Shown here in pieces: positions 50,876 to 63,690 of a DNA stretch of 64,000 bases. Under the pieces are notes generated by a model, which saw only the letters and a list, made by a program, of their open reading frames with translations, had not been told where the DNA came from and ran no database searches. Location of the stretch: assembly GCF_963921235.1 (NCBI RefSeq), contig NC_086108.1, positions 42,100,001 through 42,164,000 on the forward strand, given 5' to 3'. The first letter of the stretch is position 1, and every line of letters begins with the position of its first letter. Source of the DNA: Mobula hypostoma. Lineage: Eukaryota. The position numbers and the translations under genes were made by a program.

Positions 50876-52235
50876 CAGGTGGCCCCCGTTTTCCGAACGT
50901 TCACTTTACGACACCTCGCTGTTACGAAAGACTTACATTAGTTACCTGTTTTCACTAACAGAAGGTGTTTTCACTGTTACGGAAAAAGGCAGCGTGCGCC
51001 CGAACAGCCAAACTCCTTCCCCGGAACTGCATTCTAACCAGCATTGCTTAAACACGTGCTTTATCTCAATTTATTTTGTGCATCCATTAGCAGAATGAGT
51101 TCTAAGGTATCGGAAAACCCTAAAAGAGCTCGTAAGGGTGTTACACTTAGCGTAAAACTAGACATAATTAAGCGTTTCAATCATGGTGAACGAAGTAAGG
51201 ACATTGTCTGCGCGTTGAACTTGCCTGCGTCCACCATTCACGCTATTTATACGCAGAGAGAAAGAATTTTGAAAGCTGCCGATGTTACTACTAGCTCTGC
51301 TCGTAGCAAAGTGGTCTCTCTTAGTCGGCATCCAATAATGGATAAAATTAAAAGTCTATTGCTTGAGTGGATTGATGGGTGTACAAAGCGTGGTGTTCCG
51401 TTAAGTTTTCTTATACTTAAGGAGAAATCAGTCAGTCTTTTTAATAAGCAGTAACAGAAAGTACTGGACGATGGTGATGAAAAGTGTTGCGAAAGTGGAA
51501 TTTAAAGGTAGTCATGGGTGGTTTGATAGGTTTCTGAGGTGAGGGTAGCTTCATAGTTTAAGCAGTGGTCCCCAACCTCCGGGCCACAGACCGATACATT
51601 GCCGCGAAGAATGCAGCGGTGCAGCAGTAGTTGGAACGCACCCAGCACATCTTTAAGAGAAGAGCCAGAATAAACATGCTAATTAATTAGGTGCCGCCCA
51701 GCACGTAAATGTCGGCCCAGATCAGAGGCGATTGCCGATTGCGTCAGGTGGTTATTCGTATAAGCAAGTGTTTAACTGTGACAAAACTGCAATTTATTGG
51801 AGTCTTCCCGATTCCGGTAAATGAAACTACACTGTACATACATCATACATTATTTCTACTTTACATAGGCTGTGTATTTTTATGTGTTATTTGGTATGAT
51901 TTGGCAGCTTCATAGCTTAAAGGTTACTGGAGAGAGTGTTTCTGCCGAGAGCGCTTCCATGAGATTTTCGCTGCGCTAGACAGTGCTGCAGAAAAGTATT
52001 TCTACTTTATATAGGCTGTGTATTTATCATATCATTCCTGCTTTTACTATATGTTACTGTTATTTTAGGTTTTATATGTTATTCGGCATGATTTTGTAGG
52101 TTATTTTTTGGGTCTGGGAACACTCAAAAATTTTTCCCATATTAATAAATGGTAATTGCTTATTCACTTTACGACATTCCAGCTTACGAACCTTTTCATA
52201 GGAATGCTCTACCTTCAGATAGCGGGGGAAACCTG
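50876..52235 (+). mobile_element. Tigger-like (pogo) non-autonomous transposon, copy 1
   Basis: TA duplication; TIRs caggtggcccccgttttccgaa / ttcagatagcgggggaaacctg; HTH RKGVTLSVKLDIIKRFNHGERSKDIVCALNLPASTIHAI and FKGSHGWFDRF; carries half of a hAT-type MITE from 51563. Confidence 0.88.
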
Positions 52236-52330
52236 TACTTGCACTTCATTGTTTTAAAAAGCATACAGTTAAAATTCAGAGTGGGCTTCACACACTAGAT
52301 ACTCAAAGGAAGCTCTGTTTGTTAGACATA

Positions 52331-53880
52331 CAGGTGTCCCCCGCTTTTCGAACGTTCGCTTTACGAAACCTCACTGTTACGAAAGACCTACGTTAGCACC
52401 CTATTTTTGCTTTCAGAAGGTGTTTTCACTGTTATGAAAAAAAAAATTCAGCGCGCGATAAAAGGCAGCGCGCCCCAAGCAGCCGCTCTCCCCCGGATTC
52501 TCGCTGGCATTGCTTAAACACGAGCCTGTGAGCAGCCGTTTGCAGGATGAGTTCTATGGTATCAGAAAAGCCTGAAAGAGCTCGTAAGGGTGTTACACTT
52601 ACAGTAAAACTAGACATAATTAAGCGTTTTGATCATGGTGAACGAAGTAAGGACAACGTGTGTTCGGCTTGTGGAAGTTGACGAAGATGATGTTGAAGAG
52701 GTTTTGGCATCCCATCACCAAGAACTGACAGATGAAGAGCTGACGCAATTGGAAGAAAAAAGAATAACAATCGAAACCGAATGAGTAATGATAAAGTACA
52801 ACTTTAATTTTGAAAGGGTACGTTGGTTTAGGAGATATTTGCTGGATGGTTTGAGTCCTTATTAAAGAACTGTGTGATAGAAAAATACGCGAGGCTCAGC
52901 AGTCAAGCAAGCCTTCCACATCAGACGACAAACCTCGACCTTCGACATCGAGGCGGACAGTCATAGGAGAAGATGAGCTGCCTGCTCTAATGGAAACAGG
53001 CGACGAGATGACACCCCAGTGTCCCACCACCCCAACCCCCAGGCCACGGACAGATACCGATTCGCGGAGAATGCAAAGGTAGCCGGGAGACACACAGCAC
53101 ATCTTTAAGAAAAAAGCCGAAATAAACATGCTAATTTATTAGGTGCCGCCGACACGTAATTGTCGGCCCAGATCAGAGACGACGCAATCGGAAATCGGCA
53201 CTGATCTGGGCCAACAATTACGGGCGGCACCTAATTAATTAGCATGTTTGTTTCGGCTTTTTTCTTAAAGATGTGCTGTGTACCTCCCGGCTACCGCTGG
53301 ACCCCTGCGTTCTTCGCAGCAATGTATCGCTCAGCGGCCTGGAGGGTGGGGGGGCCACTGCACCACCCAAACTCCAACGACTCAGTCTAACACACCATCA
53401 TCCGTGTGCTCGGCGCTGTCCTGATTCCCGTAAGTGATACTACACTGTACATACATTATTCCTACTTTATATTGGCTGTGTATTTTTACGTGTTATTTGG
53501 TATGATTCGGCAGCTTCATAGCTTAAAGATTACTGGAGAGCACTTGCGCGTGTTTTTGCCAACAGCGCTTGTGTGAGATTTTCTGCCAACGGCGCTTGCG
53601 TGAGAATTTCGCTCCGGAGGACAGTTCAGTAATGATTGTGGAAAAGTATTTCTACTTTACATAGGCTATTTATCATATCATTCCTGCTTTTACTATATGT
53701 TACTGTTATTTTAGGTTTTATGTGTTATTTGGCATGATTTGGTAGGTTATTTTTGGGTCTGCGAACGCTCACAAAATATTCCCATATAAATAAATGGTAA
53801 TTGCTTCTTCGCTTTACGACATTTCGGCTTACGAACTGTTTCATAGGGACGCTCTACCTTCGGATGGCGGGGGAAACCTG
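52331..53880 (+). mobile_element. Tigger-like non-autonomous transposon, copy 2
   Basis: TA duplication; TIRs caggtgtcccccgcttttcgaa / ttcggatggcgggggaaacctg; shares long blocks with copy 1 and keeps the acidic C-terminus VDEDDVEEVLASHHQELTDEEL. Confidence 0.88.
53017..53360. repeat. Fold-back MITE (hAT-type ends) inside Tigger copy 2
   Basis: Inverted arms cacagcacatctttaagaaaaaagccgaaa...ggcccagatcag / ctgatctgggcc...tttcggcttttttcttaaagatgtgctgtg; ends cagtg...cactg. Confidence 0.75.
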
Positions 53881-54059
53881 TATATAACCAGGTTGGGAGT
53901 CGGAATATTGGGTTAGATTCACACCATAAAAATACAGGATTGGGCATTTAGCAATGAACAAAGGAATAATTTTCCTCCAAGCATATGGATGTAAATCTTT
54001 TAGAGATTTCCAGATTTGTAGATCCTTAAGCAAACAAAAGAAAATGCAACATATAACCT

Positions 54060-55395
54060 TCATCCTGCCCTTAAATTCACTTGGTTCATTTCTCTCGATC
54101 TCTTCAGCTCCATCACTGGAGACAAACTGTCTACTGATATCTTTTATAAAGCCACCAATTCCCACATCTACCTTGACTAAACCTCTTCCCACCCTGCATC
54201 TTGTAAAGATACCATTCCCTTTTCTCTGTTCCTTTGTCTCTGCTGCACCTGTTCCCAGGATGAGGCTTTCCTTTCTAGGACATCAGAGATGTCCTCCTTC
54301 TTCAAAGAATGTGGTTTCCTTTCTTTCACAATTAATGCGACCTGTCACCTCCATTTCCAGACATTTGGGCTCACCTCATCTTCCCGCTGCCTTAACAGAG
54401 ATAGACTTTCTCTTGTCCTCACCAACCACCCCATGAAGCTAGGCATCCAATGTATCATTTCTGCACTTCTTTTGTCTTCAATGGGACTTTACCACCAAAC
54501 ACATCCTTACCTCCCCTCCACTCACCGCCTTCCACAGGAAACATTCCCTCTGTGATTCCCTTGTCCAATCATCCACTACTCTTCCTCCTGGCACTTAATC
54601 CCTGCAAGCGGCAGAAGTGCCCATTCACCTCCTCCCTCACCTCCATTCAGGGGCCCAAACAGTCTTTCCAGGTAAGGCAGCACCTCATATGCAAATCTGT
54701 TGGGGTCACCTATTGCATCCAATGCTCTTGCTTTGGCTTCTCTACATTGGTGAGAACCAACGTACCTATAGATTGGAAGACCGCTTTGTTGAGTACCTCA
54801 GCTCCATCCGCTAAAAGCAAAATTTCCTAGTGGCCAACCATTTCAATTCCTATCCCCATTCCTGTTCTGACATGTCAGTCCATGCGCCTCCTCTTCTGTC
54901 ACAATGAGGCCCCTCTCGGGTTGGAGGAGCAACACCTCATATTCCATCTATGTGGCCTCCAACCTCATGGCATGAACATCATTTTTTCCAACTTCTGGTA
55001 ATCTTTTCTCAATCCCGTTTTCCTCTTCTTCATTTCCCCACTCTGGCCTCTTACCTCTTCTCCTCACCTGCCTATCAGCTCCCACTGGTGTCTGTCCTCC
55101 TTTCCTTTCTCCCAACTGTCCACCCTCCTCTCCTCTCAGATTTCCTTTCCACTTATCACCTCCCAGCTTTTTACTTCATCCCACCCCCCCCCCACACACA
55201 CACACACACCCAGTTGGCTTCACCTATCACCTTGTCTTTCCTCCTCTCCTTCCCCCTACCTTCTTATTTTGGCTTCTCTCCTACCCCCCCCCCCACCACC
55301 ACTTCCTTTCCAGTCTTAACGAAGGGTCTCAGACCAAAATTTAGCTCCATAGATGCTGCCTGACCTGCTGAGTTCCACCAGCATTTTGTGTGTAT
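54060..55395 (+). mobile_element. Penelope-like retroelement fragment (RT end, GIY-YIG, terminal repeat)
   Basis: QGPKQSFQVRQHLICKSVGVTYCIQCS and LLYIGENQ; colinear with 46365-47180. Confidence 0.82.
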
Positions 55396-56339
55396 TATTC
55401 TGGAAGTGCCAGACTCCTGAGCTCCAGGGAAATCAAGACAGACAAGACTAGGCTGGAAAATTGAGTTGGCACAGAAGTTAATCCACAATCTTAATAACAG
55501 GTGGAACAAGTAAGATAAGCCATATGGTTTACTCCTACCCCAGATTTTGAAAGACATTCATGGATAATTTTAGTGTCAAAGAATTTGATTGAATTAATTT
55601 AACCTTCAGATCAGTCATACAGAACTTCCCAGGCTTTTTGATTGCTTCTTAGTTTGAGTTGAAAATATTGCCATTCATACATAACCTCCTCTACTTCATA
55701 GTTCAAGTATGTATAAAACTACAGTTTTTCATTCCAACATCTGCAGAATCTCCTGTGCTTTTAGCTTTTGAAAAGGGCTGTGATTTTTTTCCACAAATAC
55801 GTATTGATTCATTTACCTATTTTTAAAGTATTTAAATGTATAAAAATATTAAATGGATGAGCTAAGAAAGCAAGTTATTGATTTAATAACTGTGAAATTG
55901 TTTCTTTTCTTATTCCTGCTCCACCAGAAACAAATTTTGTTCTATTCACATGGGAAAATTTTGAATGCTTCCCTATTAAATCTTAGAATCTGTCTTAATA
56001 ACCAAAGTTAACTATATGTAGCTAATGTTTCTATTTTTGTCTCCTGTGGCCCAAAAAAGTGCTGTAATACGAGTACCAAGTGACAACAAAAATGAAGTAA
56101 CCATTATTGAATCAAAGAAAGTGTATGACAAAGGAAATTGTTCAGCCCATCGTGTCCATGCTAGTGAAAGGAGCAGTCCACCTAATTACACTTTCCCAAA
56201 CTAGGAACACAACCCCGCAATCAAGCTTTTCAAAAATGTAGCCAAATATTTTAAGAGTGCAGTGACAGGTCCTGCCTCTTGTACCCTATTAGGCAATAAG
56301 TTCCAAGTCTCTCCTACCCCTCACCTCACCATTAAACTG

Positions 56340-56740
56340 CCTGTTACAGATCATGGTCAGTTGTTGATTTAGCAGATAACATTGATCAGAGCATGGAGTA
56401 ATGGTCGTTGGAGTGAGTGAGAAGGGGATAACTCTCTTGCTTTTCTTTAACATCATGGGCTCTTATGCATGTACAGTCCACCTGAACAAGAGATGTGATC
56501 ATTTTAAAGCAGGGGTTCACAACCTGGGGTCCATGGACCCCTGTTAGTGATAGGGGTCCATAGCACAAAAAAGATTGGGAACCCCTGCTTTAAGGCCTCA
56601 TTAAAAAGACAACACATGAAGCAGTTAAGCACTTCTTCATTACAGCACTGGAGTTTCATCCTGGAGTATCACTGTCTTTGTTCGATGAGACCATAGCTTC
56701 AACTTTGCTAATTCAAAACAAGAATATGCCACCAAATGAT
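56340..56740 (-). mobile_element. Old DeuSINE-like (SacSINE1/AmnSINE-type) element
   Basis: catgggctctta...tccacctgaacaag...tttaaggcctcattaaaaagac...cagcactggagtttcatcctgga resembles the reverse complement of the Deu domain (recalled from memory, degraded). Confidence 0.45.
56510..56587. mobile_element. 78-bp hAT MITE
   Basis: TIRs caggggttcacaa / ttgggaacccctg; imperfect 8-bp duplication ttttaaag/ctttaagg with central TA. Confidence 0.75.
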
Positions 56741-57479
56741 CCACAGCTAATAAACAGAATAAAGAAAAGCATATTCCAAACAAAATCAATTTAGCCATGA
56801 AAATGCACTGTGAAAAACCAATATTTCACAAAATTCAAGATTTTGCTTCCTCTTTTCATTGTAACTGTCATTTCTCAATTATCTGTCACAAATTACCATT
56901 TCCTTTCATTTTGATTGTACCTATTTTGAGCATTTGTGCCCTCATTTCAAAGATATCTCTTTATTGGTATCTCTTTCCCCCATGGTGCTCTGTATCTGAG
57001 CAATACAAGATGAGAAATACAAAGTTACCTTCTTTCCTTCAAGGTCCTATTTAGTTGAGCTCTGACAGAAATGCAGGCTGATAGGCAGCTCCACTGTCTT
57101 GTCAGACCTCAAAGTGTTTTATAAATATCTAAAGACCAGATAGATAAATTGAAACAAAAAAAGTGGTCAACTTGGGCATCAGTGTATTCAATGTTATATT
57201 GAGCTATGTATGTAAGTATTACTCACACTTCTGCCAAATAAATGTGAAAAAATTATGGTTTAAAGAAAATTCTGAACTACATACAGAAAACCTATGAAAG
57301 TTCCTTTTAGGACTATGCATTCGAAGCTCAAGGTGACTCCGATTTAAAATTGTGTGATCTCAAAGGGTCTTCTTCCTCTTGTAACAGCTAAATAGGTTAC
57401 TTAAGTCTGTAATAGCTAAAGGCATACAAAAACAAACATAATTAGAAACAAAAAAGCTGGGCAAAAAAGCAGATCAGGG

Positions 57480-58048
57480 CACATCAGCAGAAAGAAACAG
57501 TTAATATTTCAGGCCGAAGAGCTTTCATCAGAAGTGGGGAAGAGAGAAAAAGCTCATCAAGCTGTAGACAAGGTAATATGGTCAATAAGTGAACCACAAT
57601 CATAAGAAAGCACAAACATAGACAAATAAATGTAGGAGCCAAAAAATGTGGATCAGCAAGACATGCTGCACTAAATAGGAATAAGTGCATGTGAATCCTC
57701 ACTTCACCTGGATTGGGTCTGTGGATGATGGGAAGGGAAGAGGTCAAAAGGTAAGTGTTGCATCACCTGCAGTTTAAGTGTTACAAGAAAGGGGTACTAA
57801 TAAATTACCAGAGGAACTCAACAGGTCAGGACAGCATTTGTGGAGTGAAATGGATAGTTGACATTTTGGGTCAAGACCATTCACCTGAACTGAAAGATAG
57901 AGGGGAGATAGCCAATATAAAAAGGTGAGGGGGAAAAAGAATGGAGCAAACAAAAAAAAATTAGCAAGCAATAGGTGGATCAAGGTGAGAACAGGTGATA
58001 GGCAGATGAAAAAGAGAAGAGGGGAAATAGTGATAGAGGCTGGGAGAT
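57480..58048 (-). mobile_element. Penelope-like terminal/UTR remnants (continue at 62270-62616 past the CR1)
   Basis: Two degraded reverse-strand hammerhead-type termini (about 57498-57537 and 57852-57892) and a purine-rich UTR complement. Confidence 0.6.
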
Positions 58049-58136
58049 AGAAACATAGAAAATAGGTGCAGGAGTAGGCCATTCGGCCCTTCGAGCCTGC
58101 ACCGCCATTTATTATGATCATGGCTGATCATCCAAC

Positions 58137-61100
58137 TCAGAACCCCGCCCCAGCCTTCCCTCCATACCCCCTGACCCCTGTAGCCACAAGGGCCATATCT
58201 AACTCCCTCTTAAACATAGCCAATGAACTGGCCTCAACAGTTTCCTGTGGCAGAGAATTCCATAGATTCACCACTCTCTGTGTGAAGAAGTTTTTCCTAA
58301 TCTCGGTCCTAAAAGGCTTCCCCTCTATCCTCAAACTGTGACCCCTCGTTCTGGACTTCCCCAACATCGGGAACAATCTTCCTGCATCTAGCCTGTCCAA
58401 TCCCTTTAGGATCTTATACGTTTCAATCAGATCCCCCCTCAATCTTCTAAATTCCAACGAGTACAAGCCCAGTTCATCCAGTCTTTCTTCATATGAAAGT
58501 CCTGCCATCCCAGGAATCAATCTGGTGAACCTTCTTTGTACTCCCTCTATGGCAAAGATGTCTTTCCTCAGATTAGGGGACCAAAACTGCACACAATACT
58601 CCAGGTGTGGTCTCACCAAGGCCTTGTACAACTGCAGTAGTACCTCCCTGCTCCTGTACTCGAATCCTCTCGCTATAAATGCCAGCATACCATTCGCATT
58701 TTTCACCGCCTGCTGTACCTGCATGCCCACTTTCAATGACTGGTGTATAATGACACCCAGGTCTCGTTGCACCTCCCCTTTTCCTAATCGGCCACCATTC
58801 AGATAATAATCTGTTTTCCTATTTTTGCCACCAAAGTGGATAACTTCACATTTATCCACATTAAATTGCATCTGCCATGAGTTTGCCCACTCACCCAACC
58901 TATCCAAGTCACCCTGCATCCTCTTAGCATCCTCCTCACTGCTAACACTGCCACCCAGCTTCGTGTCATCCGCAAACTTGGAGATGCTGCATTTAATTCC
59001 CTCATCCAAGTCATTAATATATATTGTAAACAACTGGGGTCCCAGCACTGAGCCTTGCGGTACCCCACTAGTCACCGCCTGCCATTCTGAAAAGGTCCCG
59101 TTTATTCCCACTCTTTGCTTCCTGTCTGCTAACCAATTCTCCACCCACACCAATACCTTACCCCCAATACCATGTGCTTTAAGTTTGCACACTAATCTCC
59201 TGTGTGGGACCTTGTCAAAAGCCTTTTGAAAATCCAAATATACCACATCCACTGGTTCTCCCCTATCCACTCTACTAGTTACATCCTCAAAAAATTCTTT
59301 GAGATTCATCAGACATGATTTTCCTTTCACAAATCCATGCTGACTTTGTCCGATCATTTCACCGCTTTCCAAATGTGCTGTTATCACATCCTTGATAACT
59401 GACTCCAGCAGTTTCCCCACCACCGACGTTAGGCTAACCGGTCTATAATTCCCCGGTTTCTCTCTCCCTCCTTTTTTAAAAAGTGGGGTTAGATTAGCCA
59501 CCCTCCAATCCTCAGGAACTAGTCCAGAATCTAACGAGTTTTGAAAAATTATCACTAATGCATCCACTATTTCTTGGGCTACTTCCTTAAGCACTCTAGG
59601 ATGCAGACCATCTGGCCCTGGGGATTTATCTGCCTTCAATCCCTTCAATTTACCTAACACCACTTCCCTACTAACATGTATTTCACTCAGTTCCTCCATC
59701 TCACTGGACCCTCTGTCCCTTACTATTTCTGGAAGATCATTTATGTCCTCCTTAGTGAAGACAGAACCAAAGTAATTATTCAATTGGTCTGCCATGTCCT
59801 TGCTCCCCATAATCAATTCACCTGTTTCTGTCTGCAGGGGATCTACATTTGTCTTTACCAGTCTTTTCCTTTTTACATATCTATAAAAGCTTTTACAGTC
59901 CGTTTTTATGTTCCCCGCCAGTTTTCTCTCATAATCTTTTTTCCCCTTCCTAATTAAGCCCCTTGTCCTCCTCTGCTGAACTCTGAATTTCTCCCAGTCC
60001 TCAGGTGAGCCACTTTCTCTGGCTAATTTGTATGCTACTTCTTTGGAATTGATACTATCCCTAATTTCTCTTGTCAGCCACGGGTGCACTACCTTCCTTG
60101 ATTTATTCTTTTGCCAAACTCGGATGAACAATTGTTGTAGTTCATCCATGCAACCTTTAAATGCTTGCCATTGCATATCCATCGTCAATCCTTTAAGTGT
60201 CATTTGCCAGTCTACCTTAGCTAATTCACGTCTCATACCTTCAAAGTTACCCCTCTTTAAGTTCAGAACCTTTGTTTCTGAATTAACTATGTCACTCTCC
60301 ATATTAATGAAGAATTCCACCATATTATGGTCACTCTTACCCAAGGGGCCTCTCATGACAAGATCGCTAATTAACCCTTCCTCATTGCTCAAAACCCAGT
60401 CCAGAATAGCCTGCTCTCTAGTTGGTTCCTCGACATGTTGGTTCAAAAAACCTTCCCGCATACATTCCAAGAAATCCTCTTCCTCAGCACCTTTACCAAT
60501 TTGGTCACCCAATCTACATGTAGATTGAAGTCACCCATTATAACTGCCGTTCCTTTATTGCACACATTTCTAATTTCCTGTTTAATACCATTTCCGACCT
60601 CACTACTACTGTTAGGTGGCCTGTACACAACTCCCACCAGCGTCTTCTGCCCCTTAGTGTTACGCAGCTCTACCCATATAGATTCCACATCTTCCCGGCT
60701 TATGTCCTTCCTTTCTATTGCGTTAATCTCTTCTTTAACCACCCCACCTCCCCTTCCTTCATGTCCATCCCTCCTGAATATTGAATATCCCTGAACGTTG
60801 AGCTCCCATCCCTGGTCACCCTGGAGCCATGTCTCTGTGATCCCAACTATATCATAATCATTAATAACAATCTGCACTTTCAATTCATCCACCTTATTAC
60901 GAATGCTCCTTGCATTGACACATAAAGCCTTCAGGCGCTCTCTTATAACTCTCTTAGCCCTTATACAATTATGTTGAAAAGTGGCCCTTTTTAATGCTTG
61001 CCCTGGATTTGTCGGCCTGCCACTTTTACTTTTCTCCTTTGTACTTTTTGCTTCTACGCTCACTTTACACCCCTCTGTCTCTCTGCACTGGTTCCCATCC

Positions 61101-61159
61101 CTCTGTTGTGAACTAACCTCCTCACGCCTAGCCTCTTTAATTTGATTCCCACCCCCCAA
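58137..61159 (-). pseudogene. CR1 ORF2 (endonuclease/reverse transcriptase) split by one frameshift near 60505
   Basis: 238-aa frame with NARSIRNK, GITETWL, GVVYRPPN and MGDFN continues in a 791-aa frame with [25 protein letters not shown] and KFADDTKL. Confidence 0.93.
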
Positions 61160-61342
61160 CCATTCTAGTTTAAAGTCACCTCAGTAGCCCCCGCTAATCT
61201 CCCTGCCAGGATATTGGTCCCCCTAGGATTCAAGTGTAACCCGTCCTTTTTGTACAGGTCACGCCTGCGCCAAGAGGTCCCAATGATCCAAAAACTTGAA
61301 TCCCTGCCCCCTGCTCCAATCCCTCAGCCACGCATTTATCCT

Positions 61343-62122
61343 CTACCTCATCGCATTCCTACTCTCACTGTCGTGTGGCACAGGCAGTAATCCCGAGATT
61401 ACTACCTTTGCGGTCCTTTTTCTCAACTCCCTTCCTAGCTCCCTATATTCTCCTTTCAGGACCTCATCCCTTTTCCTACCTATGTCATTGGTACCTATAT
61501 GTACCACGACCTCTGGCTCCTCACCCTCCCACTTCAGGATATCTTGGACACGATCAGAAATATCCCGGACCCTGGCACCAGGGAGGCAAACTACCATCCG
61601 GGTCTCTGGACTGCGTCCACAGAATCGCCTATCTGACCCCCTTACTATCGAGTCCCCTATCACAACTGCCCTCCTCTTCCTTGCCCTACCCTTCTGAGCT
61701 ACAGGGCCAGACTCTGTGCCGGAGGCACGGCCACTGTCGCTTCCCCCGGGTAAGCTGTCCCCCCCAACAGTACTCAAACAGGAGTACCTGTTGTTAAGGG
61801 GCACAGCCACCGGGGTACTCCCCATCACCTGACTTTTCCCCTTCCCCCTCCTAACCGTGACCCACTTGTCTGCCTCCCGTGGCCCCGGCGTGACCACCTG
61901 CCTTCCACTCCTCTCTATCACCTCCTCACTCTCCCTGACCAGACGAAGGTCATCGAGCTGCAGCTCCAGTTCCGTAACGCGGTCCCTTAGGAGCTGCATC
62001 TCGATGCACTTGGCGCAGATGTAGACGTCCAGGAGGCTTGGAGACTCCAGGGCCTCCCACATCCGACACCGAGAACAGCAAACTGCCCTCACAGTCATAA
62101 TGCCCCTCTCCTCAAATAGCAA
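61343..62122 (-). pseudogene. CR1 ORF1 (zinc finger/leucine zipper plus SGNH esterase-like), prematurely stopped
   Basis: CSRC...CAKC, LELQLDDLRL, VVIGDSIVRG, VHIGTNDIG; TAG at 61343 lies upstream of the segment homologous to [13 protein letters not shown]. Confidence 0.88.
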
Positions 62123-62616
62123 CAGAAAATGAATGTCAAACCTTCCTCACCTCGCCCGCTTCCGCCTAAGCCCGATGAGCCGAAGCTCTTAGGTCTTCAC
62201 TCTGCTCCCGGCTCACTCCGCCGCCCGCAAACTACGCTGCCCGCTCTATGAGGCTTTGTTCCTTTGAATAGATGATAGATGGAGGCAACAAAAGGCTTCA
62301 GATAATACAACCTATAAGATCTAACAGAAGCTGGAGCATGGAACTAGATAAGGGAAGTGAGGTGAGCAGAAGGAAGGAGACCCATTGGAGGAGTGTGTGG
62401 GTGATGGGCAGATGATGTGGATGAATAGGAACTGGGCAAAAGAGGAGAGAGTAGAGTGGGAAAATGGCCTGAATCCGGAGAATTAACGTTTATGTCCTGG
62501 GTTGTAGACTACCCAGGCAGAATGAGGTGCTGTTACTCTAGTCTGTATTTAGTCTCGCCACTGTAATGTTCAAACAGTTCTGTGTGGGAATCGGGAGAGA
62601 AATTAAAATGGCTAGT

Positions 62617-62812
62617 AACACACTCAAAATTCTGGAGGAACTCAGCAGGCCAGGGAGCATCTATGGAAAAGAGTACAGTTGACATTTCGGGCCAAGATCC
62701 TTCAGCAGGACATGTGCTGTTTTCCATAGACGTTGCCTGGCCTGCTGAGATCCTCTAGAATTTTGTGTGTGTTGCTTGAATTTTAAACCTCTGCAGATTT
62801 TCTCTTGTTTGA
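62617..62812. repeat. Inverted Penelope terminal-repeat pair forming a hairpin
   Basis: Arms 62618-62670 and 62720-62773 are near reverse complements; the loop holds a reverse-strand hammerhead-like core. Confidence 0.8.
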
Positions 62813-62814
62813 GA

Positions 62815-63690
62815 AATGTCAAAGAATTATGTGCCAGATATGCAGTCTGGTAGGTGGAAGGCAAGGACCAAGGGAACTGAGGGTGGGGGAGGGGGCAGAG
62901 AAGAAGTCAGAGCACAAGTGCAGGAAAAGAGATGCAGATGAAGGCTCCATCAACCACAGATGTGTTGGGGGAGATGTGGAGGGAAGCCCATGTTTCTGAA
63001 AAATTAGACCTGAAGTGAAGGGTCTCAACTTGAGAATAAATGCCAAAGATACAGAGAAACAAAAAGGAATAGCTTTCTTTCAAGAGACATGCTGAGAGGT
63101 AGTGCGGGTCACTTGGTGAATCAGTGGGTTTGTATCGGTGGATACTTTGTCTCATGAGACGGAGACAGAGATCAAGAAAAGGGAGAGAAGTGTTGGAGGT
63201 GGTCCAAGCGAGGGTGGTTGATGAGAACAGAAGAATGAATCAGGGCATTGCAATGTGAGCAGCTACTACAAAGTGTTGAAAGGAGAGGAGAGGGGAAAAT
63301 GCACCCAGTGGTAAAATCCCTTTGAAGGTGACATAAACTGCAGAGAATGATCTTTGAATGCCAATGAGGTGCAAGACCAGAGCAACTCAATCTTTGTTCT
63401 GTTCCAGAGGGGAGGCGAGGGAATGAGAACAGAGGCGCAGGGAATGAATACCATGCGTTCAGGGGTTTCATTAACAATGATAGAGGAGAAGACAACTCGG
63501 GTAAAAGGAAAACATTTGCCAGGAAACTTTATTGATGCAGAATCATGGAGCAAATATGACAGTGACAGAGGAATTAGAAGAATGGAATTGAGTCCTTACA
63601 GGTGGAATAAAGAGTAGACGAGATAATTGTGGGAATGAGTAGGCTTATATTGGATGCGTAGTCAGCCTGTCTTCTGAGATGGATACTGAG
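62815..63690 (-). mobile_element. Degraded Penelope-like element fragments
   Basis: Reverse-strand similarity to 54100-54600 (for example tctctgtctccgtctcat and accactgggtgcattttcccctctcctc). Confidence 0.55.

Larger units (their letters stand above)
58049..62269 (-). mobile_element. Near-intact full-length CR1 LINE (about 4.2 kb)
   Basis: CpG-rich 5' UTR, ORF1, ORF2 (APE endonuclease plus RT), 3' UTR and ttctatgtttctat tail; possible agat duplication. Confidence 0.96.

Noticed and set aside
51044..51454. Domesticated TIGD/CENP-B-like gene
   Set aside because: It lies between TIRs, stops early and lacks the DDE domain.
58525..60794. Plus-strand ORFs overlapping CR1 ORF2
   Set aside because: Antisense shadows of the RT coding frame, recurring at most CR1 copies in the window.
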